Assembly: GCA_963815115.1 (NCBI GenBank)
Contig: CAWFFN010000005.1
Span: 1,216,001-1,280,000 of the forward strand
From: an uncultured delta proteobacterium
GTDB taxonomy: Bacteria > Desulfobacterota > Binatia > DP-6
Length of the DNA: 64,000 nt
Reading direction: 5' to 3'
The notes below the pieces were generated by a model that ran no database searches, was not told the origin of the DNA, and saw only the letters and a list, made by a program, of their open reading frames with translations. Made by a program: the position numbers and the translations under genes. Shown piece by piece: positions 1 through 12,221 of the stretch (positions within the stretch are counted from its first letter, which is position 1; the number at the start of each line of letters is the position of its first letter).

Positions 1-177
1 CCTCGGCCTCCGCGCGTCGGTGCTGTAGCACCACGGTCACGCGAACTGCGGCAAGAAGAGACGCGAACGTGGAGCGCGTGGGTGGACCTGCCCCGCGAGG
101 GTTGACGAACGCCTCGGAGGCGGACGTTCGCTGGGATCCCTACCTCCGGATCGAGTTCCTCTCCGAGCTGTGCGGCG

Positions 178-351
178 TCACGCGGCGATGTTGAGGGAGG
201 CCGTGGCCAAGGCCTTCTCGCGGAGTTGGATCGCCGGGCTCATGACGGTGTAGCCGAGCTCACTGCGGCATCCACCGCACGTCGGCGGCTCGTACGGGTT
301 GGCCGTGAGGCGCGCGCCGCACATGGGGCATGGCCGCATCGTCGTCGTCAT
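178..351 (-). CDS. small CxxC..CxxC zinc-ribbon-like protein (57 aa)
   Basis: Hand translation MTTTMRPCPMCGARLTANPYEPPTCGGCRSELG...; the ATG overlaps the TGA of ORF 348..584 (ATGA coupling). Below the ORF-track cutoff. Confidence 0.4.
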   Translation of the reverse strand: MTTTMRPCPMCGARLTANPYEPPTCGGCRSELGYTVMSPAIQLREKALATASLNIAA

Positions 352-1862
352 GGCACGTCTCCGAAATCGGTCTCGGCGCCGTCGAAGTCGTCGCCGGGCC
401 GTCCTTCCGCTGTCCTCAGTGACTCCCCTCGCTGCTCGACACCCTCGATTACACAGACGATACGAAGGTTGGTGTCGTGGCGCGGTCTGATTGCGGCGTT
501 CTTATCCATGCGATTTTGCAACTCGTTCCGCCTACCCAAGGCGCGACGATCTACGCTCCAGCGGCCTGCGGCCGTTCGCCGCATCGACGGTGCGTGCTGA
601 GGAAGAGCGAACGGCGTGCCAACGAGCTATCGCAACTGAATGCCCACCGTTAGGTGATCAGGGCCTGGCTTGCCTGCGGGCCAAACGTAGCTGGTAAGCG
701 ACGAGATCGTGAGCGTAGGGCGCACGTGGATTCGACGCCCGCCGAGGAGATGAGCGGCTCGGGTGCCGGCGTGGTCCCTCCTGCCTGCCCCAAAATCAGC
801 TAACGGATCGGGTACCCTAGGGACGCCCAGGCCCGTACGGTGTGAATCGTGGCGGCCGGCGTACAGGTTGCGCGGAGCCAATTGAAGAAACTTCAGCCGA
901 CCGGGCGCCCGTTCCCCGCCGGGAAACACGCTCTGCCGCAATACCGTCACCCTGGGGCGAAGGCTCCGCGAGCGCGCGCGGGACGGAGGCGGTCCGCAGT
1001 CGAGCCTGATGCGACGGTTCTCCCTTGGGTGGCCGTGACTCGCCATGACTGGAGTCCCCGCGAAGCGACGCCGCGCGGCCCCCCGGCGATGCTTCCAGCA
1101 TCATCGACGACGGCACCGGTGCCGATATGCGCCGCGTCAAGAGAGCGCACACGACAGCGTGGATCCTGGCGACGGCCCGCGGGGGCCCGCTCAGGATCGG
1201 ATCCTGTGGTGGGACCCGTCAGCTTGCACGGCGTCGTTCGCGGACATCGAAGGTTCTTCTGAAGATGGCGGACCTACGGGCATCGATGCGACAAACCCTC
1301 GCGGTGGTTGCGGCGGAGCGCGGCTCTAATCGCCACCAGATGGACATCTCTTCGACTGTCATGCGGGACATACTCCGTGGCGGAGACGAATGCGACAAGG
1401 AGGACCGTAAGCTGATGAGTTCGAGCGGGATCAGTTGCCGGCGCTCTCCGGTCCCCCGAAACGCCGTCAGCGGCCGCCGCGACCACCCGGACCGCTGCCC
1501 GCGCGGCCACGCCTCGAGTACCGGGGCCGCGCCGCGCCGGGCGTCCACAGCGCGAAGATCTAGATCACCGCCACCGGCACCACCTACACGCCCGCCGTCG
1601 ACACCGGCGGCACCTGCCAGACCCATCAATGCCAGATCCATCAAGCTTGCCGCCGGCGCACACACCATTGACGCTGGTGTGGCCGTGGGGGGCAGCAGGA
1701 CGGCGTTGCCGAGCCGGTGCGCGACGCGGCGGCAGCCTTCCGATACGAGTCCGGTCACGCCACGCCGAGGTCGCTTGCGAGCCGTGGCCGACGCCGACTA
1801 TGAGCCGCCCGGAAGGGGCGGCGCCCCACCCATGTGGCAAATACGGCACGAAGGAGGGCACG

Positions 1863-2240
1863 ATGCCCACGAAGAGCAAGGCGAAGCGCGCGCTCCCGAG
1901 GATGTCGCCGGAGGTGAAGGCAGCCTACACGGAGATCCAGCGCGGGGTGCGGAGTCTCGGCAAATCGATCGCTGAGATCCAGCAGGGGCTGTGGAAGGCT
2001 GGCCGGGACATCGAGGCGGCGGCGCGTGCCCGCATCCAAGCGCTCCGCAAGGACGTCCGCGCGCAGCTCGCCGGGCTCGAGAAGCGTCGCCGCGACCTCG
2101 CACAGACCCTCAAGCGCCTCGCGTCGGCGGCCGACGAATCCTCGCAGGACATCAAACAGTCGGCCGAGTCGGCCCTCGCCGAAGCCAGGGCGACGGCAGA
2201 CTCGGTGATCGAGCGCTTCCGCCGCGCGCTCGGCGCATGA
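1863..2240 (+). CDS. helical amphipathic hypothetical protein (phasin/apolipoprotein-like)
   Basis: AAGGAGG RBS before ATG 1863; Ala/Arg/Gln-rich helical sequence; ATGA overlap with the next gene. Confidence 0.7.
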   Translation: MPTKSKAKRALPRMSPEVKAAYTEIQRGVRSLGKSIAEIQQGLWKAGRDIEAAARARIQALRKDVRAQLAGLEKRRRDLAQTLKRLASAADESSQDIKQSAESALAEARATADSVIERFRRALGA

Positions 2241-2617
2241 CGGCGCTCGCCGATCGGCTGGCGGCGATCTCCAGCCGCTCCACATGCCGCCTCACCCACC
2301 GTGGCCGCAAGAGCGGCAAGCCGTACCAGGTGACCATCTGGTTCGTGGTCGACGGCGACGCGGTCTATCTCGAAACCGCCAACGCCAAGCGCCAATGGGT
2401 GCGCAACGTGCAAGCGAACCCGCAGGTCTCCTTCGCCGTCGGCGGGGAGACATTCACCGGCACGAGCGAGCGCGTGCGCGACGCCGCCAAGGAGCGCCAC
2501 GTGATGGACCTCGTCGCGGCGAAGTACTGGTATCTCTGGCCGTTCGTCGCGCTGGCCCGCCTGCTGGGCTACGACCCGAAGCCCGACGCGAGCTTTCGCG
2601 TGCGGCTGGCGGGGTAG
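2237..2617 (+). CDS. deazaflavin (F420)-dependent nitroreductase family oxidoreductase
   Basis: LTHRGRKSGKP...WVRNVQANPQV motifs of the DDN family. Confidence 0.8.
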   Translation: MTALADRLAAISSRSTCRLTHRGRKSGKPYQVTIWFVVDGDAVYLETANAKRQWVRNVQANPQVSFAVGGETFTGTSERVRDAAKERHVMDLVAAKYWYLWPFVALARLLGYDPKPDASFRVRLAG

Positions 2618-2689
2618 CCGTCGCTACCGGGGCCCTTGCCGCCCCCGGGCGTGCGGCTCCAGAATGCGGCCGACTCCTCAGGGCATTCC

Positions 2690-3549
2690 ATGGCCGGGAC
2701 GCAGCACGACGAGCTGTCCTTCGATCCGTCGCTCGTGAAGGAACTGGACCGGTTCCTGGCGCCACTCAAGCGGCTGCTCAGCCCGGTCGCGATCGGAGTC
2801 GAGCACGTGCCCCGCGAGGGGGGGGTGCTGCTCGCGGGCAACCACACGATCTACGGGCTGCTCGATTCCCCATGCTCGCGCTCGAGGTCTACGAGAAGAC
2901 CGGCCGCGTGGTGCGCGGCCTGGGGGACCACAACCACTTTGCCGTGCCCGTCTGGCGGGACCTTCTCACGCGGCTCGGGGCGGTGCGCGGAACGCGCGAG
3001 AACTGCGGGCGCCTCTTCGAGGCCGGCGAGGCCGTGCTCGTCTTCCCCGGCGGCGGGCGCGAGGTCTTCAAGCACAAGGGCGAGAAGTACGAGCTGGTGT
3101 GGAAAGAACGCGTCGGCTTCGCGCGACTCGCTATCCAGTATTGCGTCCCCATCGTCCCCTTCGCCTCGGTGGGGGTCGAGGACATGTTCGAGATCGTCCT
3201 CGATGCTGACGACGTGCTGAGCTCGCCGGTTGGACACCTGCTGCGGTCCCTCGGCATCACCGAGCGCGCCTGGTTCCGCCACGGTGAGATCCTGCCGCCC
3301 GTGGCCCGCGGCACCGGTCCAGGCGCGCTGCCACGGATCGAGCGCCAGTACTTCCTCTTTAGCGAGCCCATCCCGACGGATCGCTTCCGGGGGAGGCACG
3401 ACGATCCGGAGGTGTGCTTCGCACTCCGCACGCAGGTCAAGAGCGCGGTCGAGCGCGGCATCCAGCGGCTCCGCGAGGTGCGCGAGGCCGATCCCGAACG
3501 CTACCCGGTCCAGCGTCTGCTGCGCCGGATCGCCGCGAAGCTCGGCTGA
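2690..3549 (+). pseudogene. lysophospholipid/diacylglycerol acyltransferase, frameshifted
   Basis: NHTIYGLLD motif in one frame and VFPGGGRE plus the rest in another; one base apparently missing near 2867 (real or assembly error). Confidence 0.8.
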
Positions 3550-3564
3550 GGCGAGAGAGCGCCA

Positions 3565-4245
3565 ATGAACTCGCTCAGGATGCTCTGGACCGGCAAGGGC
3601 CCGATGGACGGCTGGATCGCCCGGGGCTATGACCGCGGCGTCCAGGCCGCGTTTCGCGAGATGTTCCTGGCCCTCGCGGGCGACCTGCTCAGCGAACTCG
3701 GCACGGCGCGCCGCGTGCTCGATGCGGGCTGCGGACCCGGCCAGTTCACGATCGTCGTGGCGGAGCGCCTGCCGGACGCGGAGGTATGGGGGATCGACGT
3801 CGCTCCCATCATGATCGAGCTGGCGCGCGCCCACGCGCGCGAGTCGCCCGCGGCCGCGCGCCTTCACTTCCAGGAGGCGGACGTCGGCGCGCTGCCCTTC
3901 CCGGACGCTCACTTCGACGCGGTCCTGAGCACCGGGTCGATCAAGCACTGGCCGGATCCGGTCGCGGGGCTGCGTGAGCTTCACCGCGTGCTCGCTCCGG
4001 GCGGGCGCGCCTTCGTCGCCGAGATGAATCGCCTCGCCCCGCCGCAGGCCGTGGCAGCCCAGCGCCGGCGCCTGCGTCACTGGTTCTTCCGGCTGATCTA
4101 CCCGCGCGTCTTCACGAAGGCGCTGTCCCCTGACGAGGCGAGACATGTCTTCGAGCGCTCGCCGTTCGGAAGACCCACGGCCGAGCGAATGCTCATCGAC
4201 GGCCGCCTGTGGCTCTTCGAAGCCCGCAAGCCACTGCCGGCCTGA
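3565..4245 (+). CDS. class I SAM-dependent methyltransferase
   Basis: VLDAGCGPG, LPFPDAHFD, RVLAPGG motifs. Confidence 0.9.
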   Translation: MNSLRMLWTGKGPMDGWIARGYDRGVQAAFREMFLALAGDLLSELGTARRVLDAGCGPGQFTIVVAERLPDAEVWGIDVAPIMIELARAHARESPAAARLHFQEADVGALPFPDAHFDAVLSTGSIKHWPDPVAGLRELHRVLAPGGRAFVAEMNRLAPPQAVAAQRRRLRHWFFRLIYPRVFTKALSPDEARHVFERSPFGRPTAERMLIDGRLWLFEARKPLPA

Positions 4246-4404
4246 GGGCACTCGAGGGGCGGAGCACGTCCGGGCGCGGCAACACGCACCGTTGTACCGG
4301 ATTGGATGCCGTCCGAGCCCATCTCACGCTGCGCCGAGCGTGCGGGACGTACGAGCTACCCGGGATGCGATGGGCTGAGATGGCGTGGTGACGGGAGTCG
4401 CGGC

Positions 4405-4452
4405 GCTTGCCAAGCACAAGGTCGCCGGTTCGACTCGGTCACCCCGCACTCA
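4405..4452 (+). repeat. degenerate tRNA-Gly(GCC) 3' half (att-like)
   Basis: GC-TTGCCAA-GCACAAGGTC-GCCGG-TTCGACT-CGGTCACCCCGC: anticodon loop, T-arm and acceptor strand; no 5' half upstream. Confidence 0.65.
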
Positions 4453-4555
4453 GAAGGTCGCGGCTGCCGGGACCAACGTGGTCCGTTGGGCAATATCGGC
4501 GGTCGAATTTCCCATACGAGACCATGTGCGGTGCGTGGCACATCCACCCTGCGCG

Positions 4556-4789
4556 CTACGGATTCCGCCACCCGCGTGCCTGCATGCAGACGCTGAAGCG
4601 CTCGCGCGAGTACATCTTCCCCCCGAAGCCGCTCGGCCCTTTGTACGAGGCGCGCATGCAGTCTTGTCGGTCAGCGTAGTACTGGTTCGAGTGCGGGGCG
4701 TACTGCGGATGCACCCAGTCGTCGCACAGGCCGCACGCACTCAGCAGGATCAACGATGCGGCGATGCGGGCAGGAGCGCGATACCGCAA
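4556..4789 (-). CDS. small putative lipoprotein
   Basis: Signal peptide with LSAC lipobox; D..DC...CMQARGW pattern. Confidence 0.55.
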   Translation of the reverse strand: MRYRAPARIAASLILLSACGLCDDWVHPQYAPHSNQYYADRQDCMRASYKGPSGFGGKMYSRERFSVCMQARGWRNP

Positions 4790-5134
4790 GAGCCATTCGC
4801 ATCCGAATTCTCCGGCTAGTTCGCTGGCAACGTGTGCGTTCTAGCCCGCATTTCTCACCAAGCCAACGATCGGTGGTGCGCAGGCGGCCACCATCGGTCC
4901 GATTCCGGTGCTGGTGTCCGACGGGGCGCAGTCCGCGCCCCGTCGGACACCCAGGGCGACCGGCACCAGGTGGGATAGCCGGCGGCGGGCACTCCAGGAC
5001 CTCACGGCCGCCGCCGCCGGTTGGAGAAGAGGGACCGCCGACCGGGTGCGCCGTCAGCAGCGGAGCGGAGCGGCGCGCTGCAGGTTGGCCAGCGCTGCGG
5101 CGAAGAGGCGCTGCAGCGGGAAGACGCTGCTGAG

Positions 5135-5198
5135 CTGTGAAGGTGGAGATCTTCGCCGCCTCGCGGGGCAACAGCTCGCCGTCGACGTAGAGTTGCAT
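5135..5198 (-). pseudogene. N-terminal fragment resembling branched-chain amino acid aminotransferase
   Basis: MQLYVDGELLPREAAKISTF resembles the IlvE N-terminus, then similarity stops. Confidence 0.4.
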
Positions 5199-5252
5199 CG
5201 TCGCATCGTAGTGTCCGCCCGCGCGCCGAGTCGACATGAGCGGTCCGCGCGT

Positions 5253-5693
5253 TCAGTCGCAGATCGGCGTCTGCCCGAGGGTGGTCACTGTGCAGGCGAG
5301 ACCCGCACAGCAAAGCGTGATATTGCCGCATGGCGAGCCTGCCGGCAGGCAGGTCCCGTTGAGCTCTTGCGCGAGCTCCTCCGAGAATCGATCGACGAGC
5401 AGTGCGACGGACGGCGCGTCACCCGTGGCGCTGCATCCGCCCTTCGCGTCGATCTTCGCGAACGTCGTGCCGAGCGTCGCATGCGCGGCGTCGACGCAGG
5501 CGGGGTCCGGGTCGCTCCCCGTCTGGATCGCGTGGCGAAAGCATGCGTTCAGTGCCGACGATGCCTTGAGCGCCGCGTGCATCTTGGCGAAGCCGCACGC
5601 GACGGCGGGGTCGAGCGACGCCGCGCTCGCACCCGCGGCGAGGACCATGGTGAGCGCGAGGGCGCTGACCGATCGCCTGATTGAAGTCTGCAT
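5253..5693 (-). CDS. secreted Cys-rich protein: 4-Cys helical domain plus C-terminal knottin-like motif
   Basis: AGGAGGAG RBS, signal peptide, 10 Cys. Confidence 0.8.
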   Translation of the reverse strand: MQTSIRRSVSALALTMVLAAGASAASLDPAVACGFAKMHAALKASSALNACFRHAIQTGSDPDPACVDAAHATLGTTFAKIDAKGGCSATGDAPSVALLVDRFSEELAQELNGTCLPAGSPCGNITLCCAGLACTVTTLGQTPICD

Positions 5694-6150
5694 ATTCGTC
5701 TCCTCCTGCGTTGCGCGGTAGAGTGCCGGCGGTGCCGGCGTCGCAACGCGTCAGCACTCCTACGCGCGACGCGACCGTCCGGATGCGGCTCGACGCGACG
5801 CTGGCGCTCGGACGCCGGCCCGAACGTGCACGCCGCGGAAACATCGATCTTCTCGCTCGCGGCGGGCGCGATATCCCGTCGCCGAGGCCGTTGCTTCCGA
5901 TCCTGGTCGCCTTCACCACTAATACGGCTAGCAAGCTCGTCGCTGCGAGCGCAGCCGGAGGGCGTCGCTATGCGCCGCGGGTGGCCGCAGGCCGTCTGGC
6001 GCTCACGGTCGGGTGTGGGCAACCGTGTTGGTGGCGTCCCTGACAGCGGGTGGAGATCACGGGCTCCCGGCACCGGGGAGTGCGACCGCCGGCGCGCTCG
6101 GTAGGCCGATCCTCACCCGACCCGAACCTGCTCAGTCGGGCTGAAAACAC

Positions 6151-6810
6151 CTACCCTCTCCCCATCCTCCTCAACACCTCGCCCACATCCCCCTTGTTCA
6201 GGAAGCCCACGAACGGATCCCGCGTCGAGTCCTGCTGCCACTCGTACTCCGTCGACTCGGCGATCTGCTGCGCGATCTCCTTGCCGTAGAGCTTGGCGAT
6301 CACGGCGAGCGCCATGTCCGTGCCGGCCGAGACGCCCGAAGAAGTCGCGAACGGCCCATCCTCCACCCAGCGCGCTTGCTCGACCCACTTCACGGCCGCG
6401 CCCTGCGCTCGTGCGAGATCGAAGAACTGCTTGTTCGAAGTCGCCCGGCGTCCGTCGAGTAGACCTGCCTTCGCCAGAATCGCCGATCCGGAGCATACCG
6501 ACATCGTCACCTCGGCCGTCGCCGCTCGTCGCCGTAAGAAATCGAGCATCGCGGGATTCTCGAGCTGCGGGATCGTGCCGAAGCCACCCGGCAGAAGGAT
6601 GAGATCCAGCATCGGCGCGCTCGCGAAGTCGAACTCGGCGACCGTCTTCGGCCGTTGAAACGACGCGACGGGTCCGGTTTTCTCGGCGACGGTCACCATC
6701 CGCAGCTCGGCGCCGATGCTGCCGAACATCTCGAGCGGCCCGTACAGGTCGAGCAGCTCGAAGTCCTCGTAGAGGACCGCTCCAAGCGTGCGGGTCTTGG
6801 GCTTGGTCAT
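6151..6810 (-). CDS. DJ-1/PfpI family protein
   Basis: FELLDLYGPLEMF, LPGGFG, SVCSGS, GRRATSNK, TSSGVSAGTD motifs; GAGGAGG RBS. Confidence 0.9.
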   Translation of the reverse strand: MTKPKTRTLGAVLYEDFELLDLYGPLEMFGSIGAELRMVTVAEKTGPVASFQRPKTVAEFDFASAPMLDLILLPGGFGTIPQLENPAMLDFLRRRAATAEVTMSVCSGSAILAKAGLLDGRRATSNKQFFDLARAQGAAVKWVEQARWVEDGPFATSSGVSAGTDMALAVIAKLYGKEIAQQIAESTEYEWQQDSTRDPFVGFLNKGDVGEVLRRMGRG

Positions 6811-7125
6811 GGTCGATTCCTCCTCGCCGACATGGACGCTATCACGACTCGCGGGCTCACGAACGAGCAAAAGCCTGCCAAATCCCGCGCATCAACGGAC
6901 GTCGCTCCCAGGGGGACCACCTCGGAGGGATGGTAGGGCCCAAAGCAGCCGCTTCATTGCTCTCCGCTCGGGAAGATGAATGTGAGCTGGACGGGGACGA
7001 TCGAGGACGGGTCGCCGCTCGGGCGCTTCACCAGGTCGTAGACCAAACGGTGGCCAGCAAGGTCGCGAGCGTCCAGCCGGCGAAGAGGAGCAGCACCCAG
7101 ACCGGGATCGCCATCGTCGGCCTCC

Positions 7126-7401
7126 TCAGTCCTCGGCGGTGGTCGGATCAATCACCGTACGCACCCGCGAGATGCGGTTGGCCGGGAAGCGACCCTGCTT
7201 CGCGTGCTCGCGAACGACCTCCTCGTCGGGTGCGATGTAGACGCAGTAGATACGGTCGTCGGTGACGTAGCTCTGCACCCACTGGATCTTCGGCCCGAGG
7301 CGTTCGACGACCGCGCACGACCGCTGCGAGATGTTCCGGAGCTCGAAGGTCGAGAGCTTCCCCGCTCCCGGGATGTCGCGCTCGATCACGTACTTCGGCA
7401 T
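7126..7401 (-). CDS. DUF4242 domain protein
   Basis: MPKYVIERDIPGAG...YCVYIAPDEEVVREHA...FPANRIS. Confidence 0.85.
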   Translation of the reverse strand: MPKYVIERDIPGAGKLSTFELRNISQRSCAVVERLGPKIQWVQSYVTDDRIYCVYIAPDEEVVREHAKQGRFPANRISRVRTVIDPTTAED

Positions 7402-7483
7402 GACTCTTCTCCCTTCGGGTCGGATGAGCGTCAGGGGACACGCGCGGACGGTCATCCGTCACTCCACCTCGGCTCGCGCCGTC

Positions 7484-7894
7484 TCAGAGAGCCACCGAAG
7501 GACCGAGCGGCTTGGCTTGCCCGTTTTCCGACCACACGAGCAAACTGCCGAGAACGATCGCGGCCAGAAAGAGAGCGGGCACGTCACCAAGCAGGTGACC
7601 GCAATGCTCAGCGGGCATCGATTGAACCGCCATGATGCCGGCGTGCACGACGCTCGACCACACTGTGAACCAGATCAGGCTGCGATGGGCTTGCGGGTTT
7701 CTCGACGCATTCAGCAGGAAGACGCCGAGCGTGAGGTATACCCCGACGAGCATCATGAAATACTGGGATTCATAGGGCGCGCCGGCGTGCCACGCCCAGC
7801 CAGACGGCCACACGATCGCCAGAGGATAGATCAGCAGGAAGGCTGCGCCGAATACAGCCAGGGCAATTTGCAAGAGCCTGTGCGGGGACGTCAT
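7484..7894 (-). CDS. membrane protein (DUF6632-like)
   Basis: Four hydrophobic segments; WPSGWAWH and SLIWFTVWSSVVHA motifs. Confidence 0.75.
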   Translation of the reverse strand: MTSPHRLLQIALAVFGAAFLLIYPLAIVWPSGWAWHAGAPYESQYFMMLVGVYLTLGVFLLNASRNPQAHRSLIWFTVWSSVVHAGIMAVQSMPAEHCGHLLGDVPALFLAAIVLGSLLVWSENGQAKPLGPSVAL

Positions 7895-8030
7895 CGGGTT
7901 CCCTCCCTTGTCGGAGTCACGCTCCGGGTGGTGGTCTGGGAAGTGCGGGGCTCAATCACCTGGACGTTCACCAATGGCATCGCTGTCTCCCTTCCGGGCT
8001 TCGCGCCGTGCGAGCCCTTGCCGGCTCATT

Positions 8031-8047
8031 CGCAAGCGGCGCGCCAG
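8031..8047 (-). promoter_or_regulatory. sigma-54 -24/-12 promoter
   Basis: Minus strand TGGCGC-GCCGC-TTGC upstream of 7894 and next to a bEBP gene. Confidence 0.75.
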
Positions 8048-8103
8048 GCGTGACCGAAGCCACTGAGCGCGTAGGTGGGCGGTTTCTCGAGGGCAGTCCA
8101 GTG

Positions 8104-8154
8104 GCGAGATCGTATGGAGCACGAGATATCGCGCCGGACGACGCGAGATCTCGC
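8104..8154. promoter_or_regulatory. putative bEBP upstream activating sequences
   Basis: Repeated near-palindromes CGAGATATCGC and GCGAGATCTCGC about 75-105 bp upstream of the sigma-54 site. Confidence 0.55.
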
Positions 8155-8167
8155 CACGGATCGCCGC

Positions 8168-10084
<1,917 letters not shown>

Positions 10085-10228
10085 GGAGCCGGGCCCGCGG
10101 CGCGGACCGCTGTGGCGTCTAATAGGTCAGCCGATGACGCGGAGGCAACGGGCGGTCCTCGGCCCGGATTGCGTTATCCCGTTTCTGCTACCGCCGCCGA
10201 AAAACCCTAGTGCCGCAAGGGCCAACAA

Positions 10229-10279
10229 AGCTTCCCAAGCTGGACGTCACCGGACCGGTTCGACCCCGGTCGCACGCTC
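10229..10279 (+). repeat. tRNA-Gly(CCC) 3' half (att-like) with internal 5-bp duplication
   Basis: AGC-TTCCCAA-GCTGGACGTC-ACCGG-ACCGG-TTCGACC-CCGGT-CGCACGCTC. Confidence 0.7.
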
Positions 10280-10495
10280 TTCCGCGAATCGAAAAGTTGC
10301 AACATTTCAGGTGAGCAGGGCCGGCGTCCGTGCCAGGTCCGCGAACCGGGCGCCTGGGAGGGTCTGATCTGCATGAGCAGTCCAAAGCCTGAATGTGCGC
10401 TCGAGCGTGGCGCCGAGGGTTGCGGCCCGCAGGCGAAGAGCGGGCGAACATCGGGCCGGTTTTTAAGAGGTCATCTCGGCACGTTTTCGAGCACC

Positions 10496-10517
10496 CGTTG
10501 CCACTACGTTGCCACTA
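10496..10517 (+). repeat. perfect 11-bp tandem repeat, putative integrase arm-type sites
   Basis: CGTTGCCACTA x2, about 100 bp upstream of the tRNA-Ala half. Confidence 0.6.
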
Positions 10518-10619
10518 CGACCCCAAATGGTATCTCCGAGTAGCCCCGCGCAACTGCCACCTCGAGCAGTTCCGCGGGGATAGCCGTGCATAGGTCCGCG
10601 CAGGTGCACTGTCAGACAC

Positions 10620-10661
10620 ATGGCATTCAAGAGGTCGGGAGTTCGACTCTCCTCGGCTCCA
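10620..10661 (+). repeat. tRNA-Ala(GGC) 3' half, copy 1 (att site)
   Basis: ATGGCAT-TCAAGAGGTC-GGGAG-TTCGACT-CTCCTCGGCTCCA; begins at the anticodon loop; the 5' stem strand CTTGA is absent. Confidence 0.9.
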
Positions 10662-10723
10662 TTCTACCATCCCCATCATTCCCAATGCTTAGCGCTCGCT
10701 CGACTCAACCACGATCCCGGACC

Positions 10724-11592
10724 CTAGCGAGGTAGGGCCGAAGTAGGGCGGTCGCGCAGCGGCGTCACGGTCCCCGGGTCGCTGCGCCGAGCGCTCGCCC
10801 GCTCCGCCGCTTGGCGCATCACGTCGAGGTCGATGATGTGGTAGCGCCGCAGCATCGACGGCGTGCTGTGCCCGGAGAACGCCATCACGGTGTGCGGGTC
10901 ATTCCCGGGCGTCTCGATGAGGTGCTTCACGCCGGAGCGGCGGAGGTCATGGACAATGCGGGCCGTGGCGCCGATCGCCTTGCACGCCTTCGTCCACAGC
11001 TTCCGGAAGTCGCCGATGCGCCGTCCGTTTCGGTGGAAGACGTAGGGGCAGGTGAGATCGCGGGCAGCGAGCCGGCGCTCCATGATGACCGCCAAATCGC
11101 CCGCGATGGGGAGCGCCTTCGGCCTCTTGTTCTTGTGCAGCTCGGCCGGGAGCCGGATGGCAGATTCGGCTGCAAAGACGTGCTTCCATTCAAGGTGTCG
11201 CGCCTCGCCGATGCGCCACGCCGAAAAGAAGAGGAACAACACGAGGTCCGCGAGCGGGGCAGGAAGATGGGTTGCGAGGGCCTCGACCTGCTCGCGCGTG
11301 AAGAACCCCTTGCGGACCCGCGAGGGGTCCTCCGCCGGCTTCTCGATGTAGGGACGCGCGCGCTGGCTGATGAGCCGCTTCTGAACGGCGAGCTTAAAGG
11401 CGCGGTCAAGCAACGCCAGCTCGATGCGGAGCGTCGCATCGGCCGCTCCCTCAGCGCGCCGTGCCGCGACGTAGCCGTCGAGCCGTGCGCCCAGCTTGGT
11501 CACCTTCGCGCTGTCCCCGAAGTACTCGCGGAGGTGCTTGAAGGAGTACCGCATGGAGTCGATGGAGCGGTTGCGGCGCAGCTCGTAGTTTG
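10724..11592 (-). pseudogene. tyrosine recombinase/integrase, N-terminally truncated
   Basis: Catalytic WRIGE, HKNK, HDLRR, GHS, RRY; frame continues upstream of 11554 as NYELRRNRSIDS with no arm-binding domain; 3' end points at the att site. Confidence 0.85.
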
Positions 11593-11615
11593 GCGCGGAA
11601 GAAGGCGCTCGGGCT

Positions 11616-12209
11616 GTGAAGGATCAGGGGACCCTGATCGAGCGGTGGCGCGGTGCCTTCTTCGCGTTGTTGGAATCGAGCGAGACGGGACCACGGCTCA
11701 AAGAGGCGGCAGTTGAAGGTGCGCTGGGCGCCTGGACGGAGCATCTCACCGCTGCCGTGGTATCCGTCTGCGGTGCCATGAGCTGGAGAGCAGCAGGGCG
11801 GGGGCACCTGGGAGACGTGCTGCCCGTCCCTCGGAACGCGTATCTGGCGTTGGACATCGTAGCGTTCGCTCCCAACGCGGAGTCGCGGTGGCCGCTGCCC
11901 GTCGCCGTCTTCGAGTTGGAGAACAGCCCCACCCTGGACCGCGTCGCATACTCGCTCTGGAAGGTTCTCTGCGTTCGTGCCCCACTCCGAGTGGTGTTCG
12001 CGTATCGGCGTGACAGCTCGGAGGGGAGTGCGCTGGTGGGACAGCTCACCGACGCCGTGATTGCAGGCATGTTCATCGACGACCGCCTCGCGCTCGGCGG
12101 GGAGACGTGCCTGATCGTCGGCAACCGGGGTGAGGCGGAAACGTTCCCCTACGGCTACTTCAAGGGCTGGGTGCTGGACCCGAACACGGGCCGCTTCGCG
12201 CGGACCTGA
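11616..12209 (+). CDS. hypothetical protein, possible PD-(D/E)xK-like nuclease fold
   Basis: YLALDIVAF...VAVFELEN pattern; directly upstream of the DUF499 gene. Confidence 0.6.
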   Translation: MKDQGTLIERWRGAFFALLESSETGPRLKEAAVEGALGAWTEHLTAAVVSVCGAMSWRAAGRGHLGDVLPVPRNAYLALDIVAFAPNAESRWPLPVAVFELENSPTLDRVAYSLWKVLCVRAPLRVVFAYRRDSSEGSALVGQLTDAVIAGMFIDDRLALGGETCLIVGNRGEAETFPYGYFKGWVLDPNTGRFART

Positions 12210-12221
12210 GAGGATCGACCC

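Noticed and set aside
600-810. Integron attC sites (scattered GTTAGG/CTAAC)
   Set aside because: No paired R and L boxes with correct geometry, and no IntI-type integrase.
2860-2875. Programmed frameshift in the acyltransferase
   Set aside because: No clear slippery heptamer; a single-base loss or assembly error is more likely.
5830-6050. DUF4010-like gene (ILVAFTTNTASKLV..GGRRYA)
   Set aside because: Only a short degraded fragment; too weak to call.
10590-10661. Intact tRNA-Ala gene (also at 23061, 23731, 43231)
   Set aside because: No D-arm, 5' acceptor strand or complete 5' anticodon stem upstream; only 3' halves.
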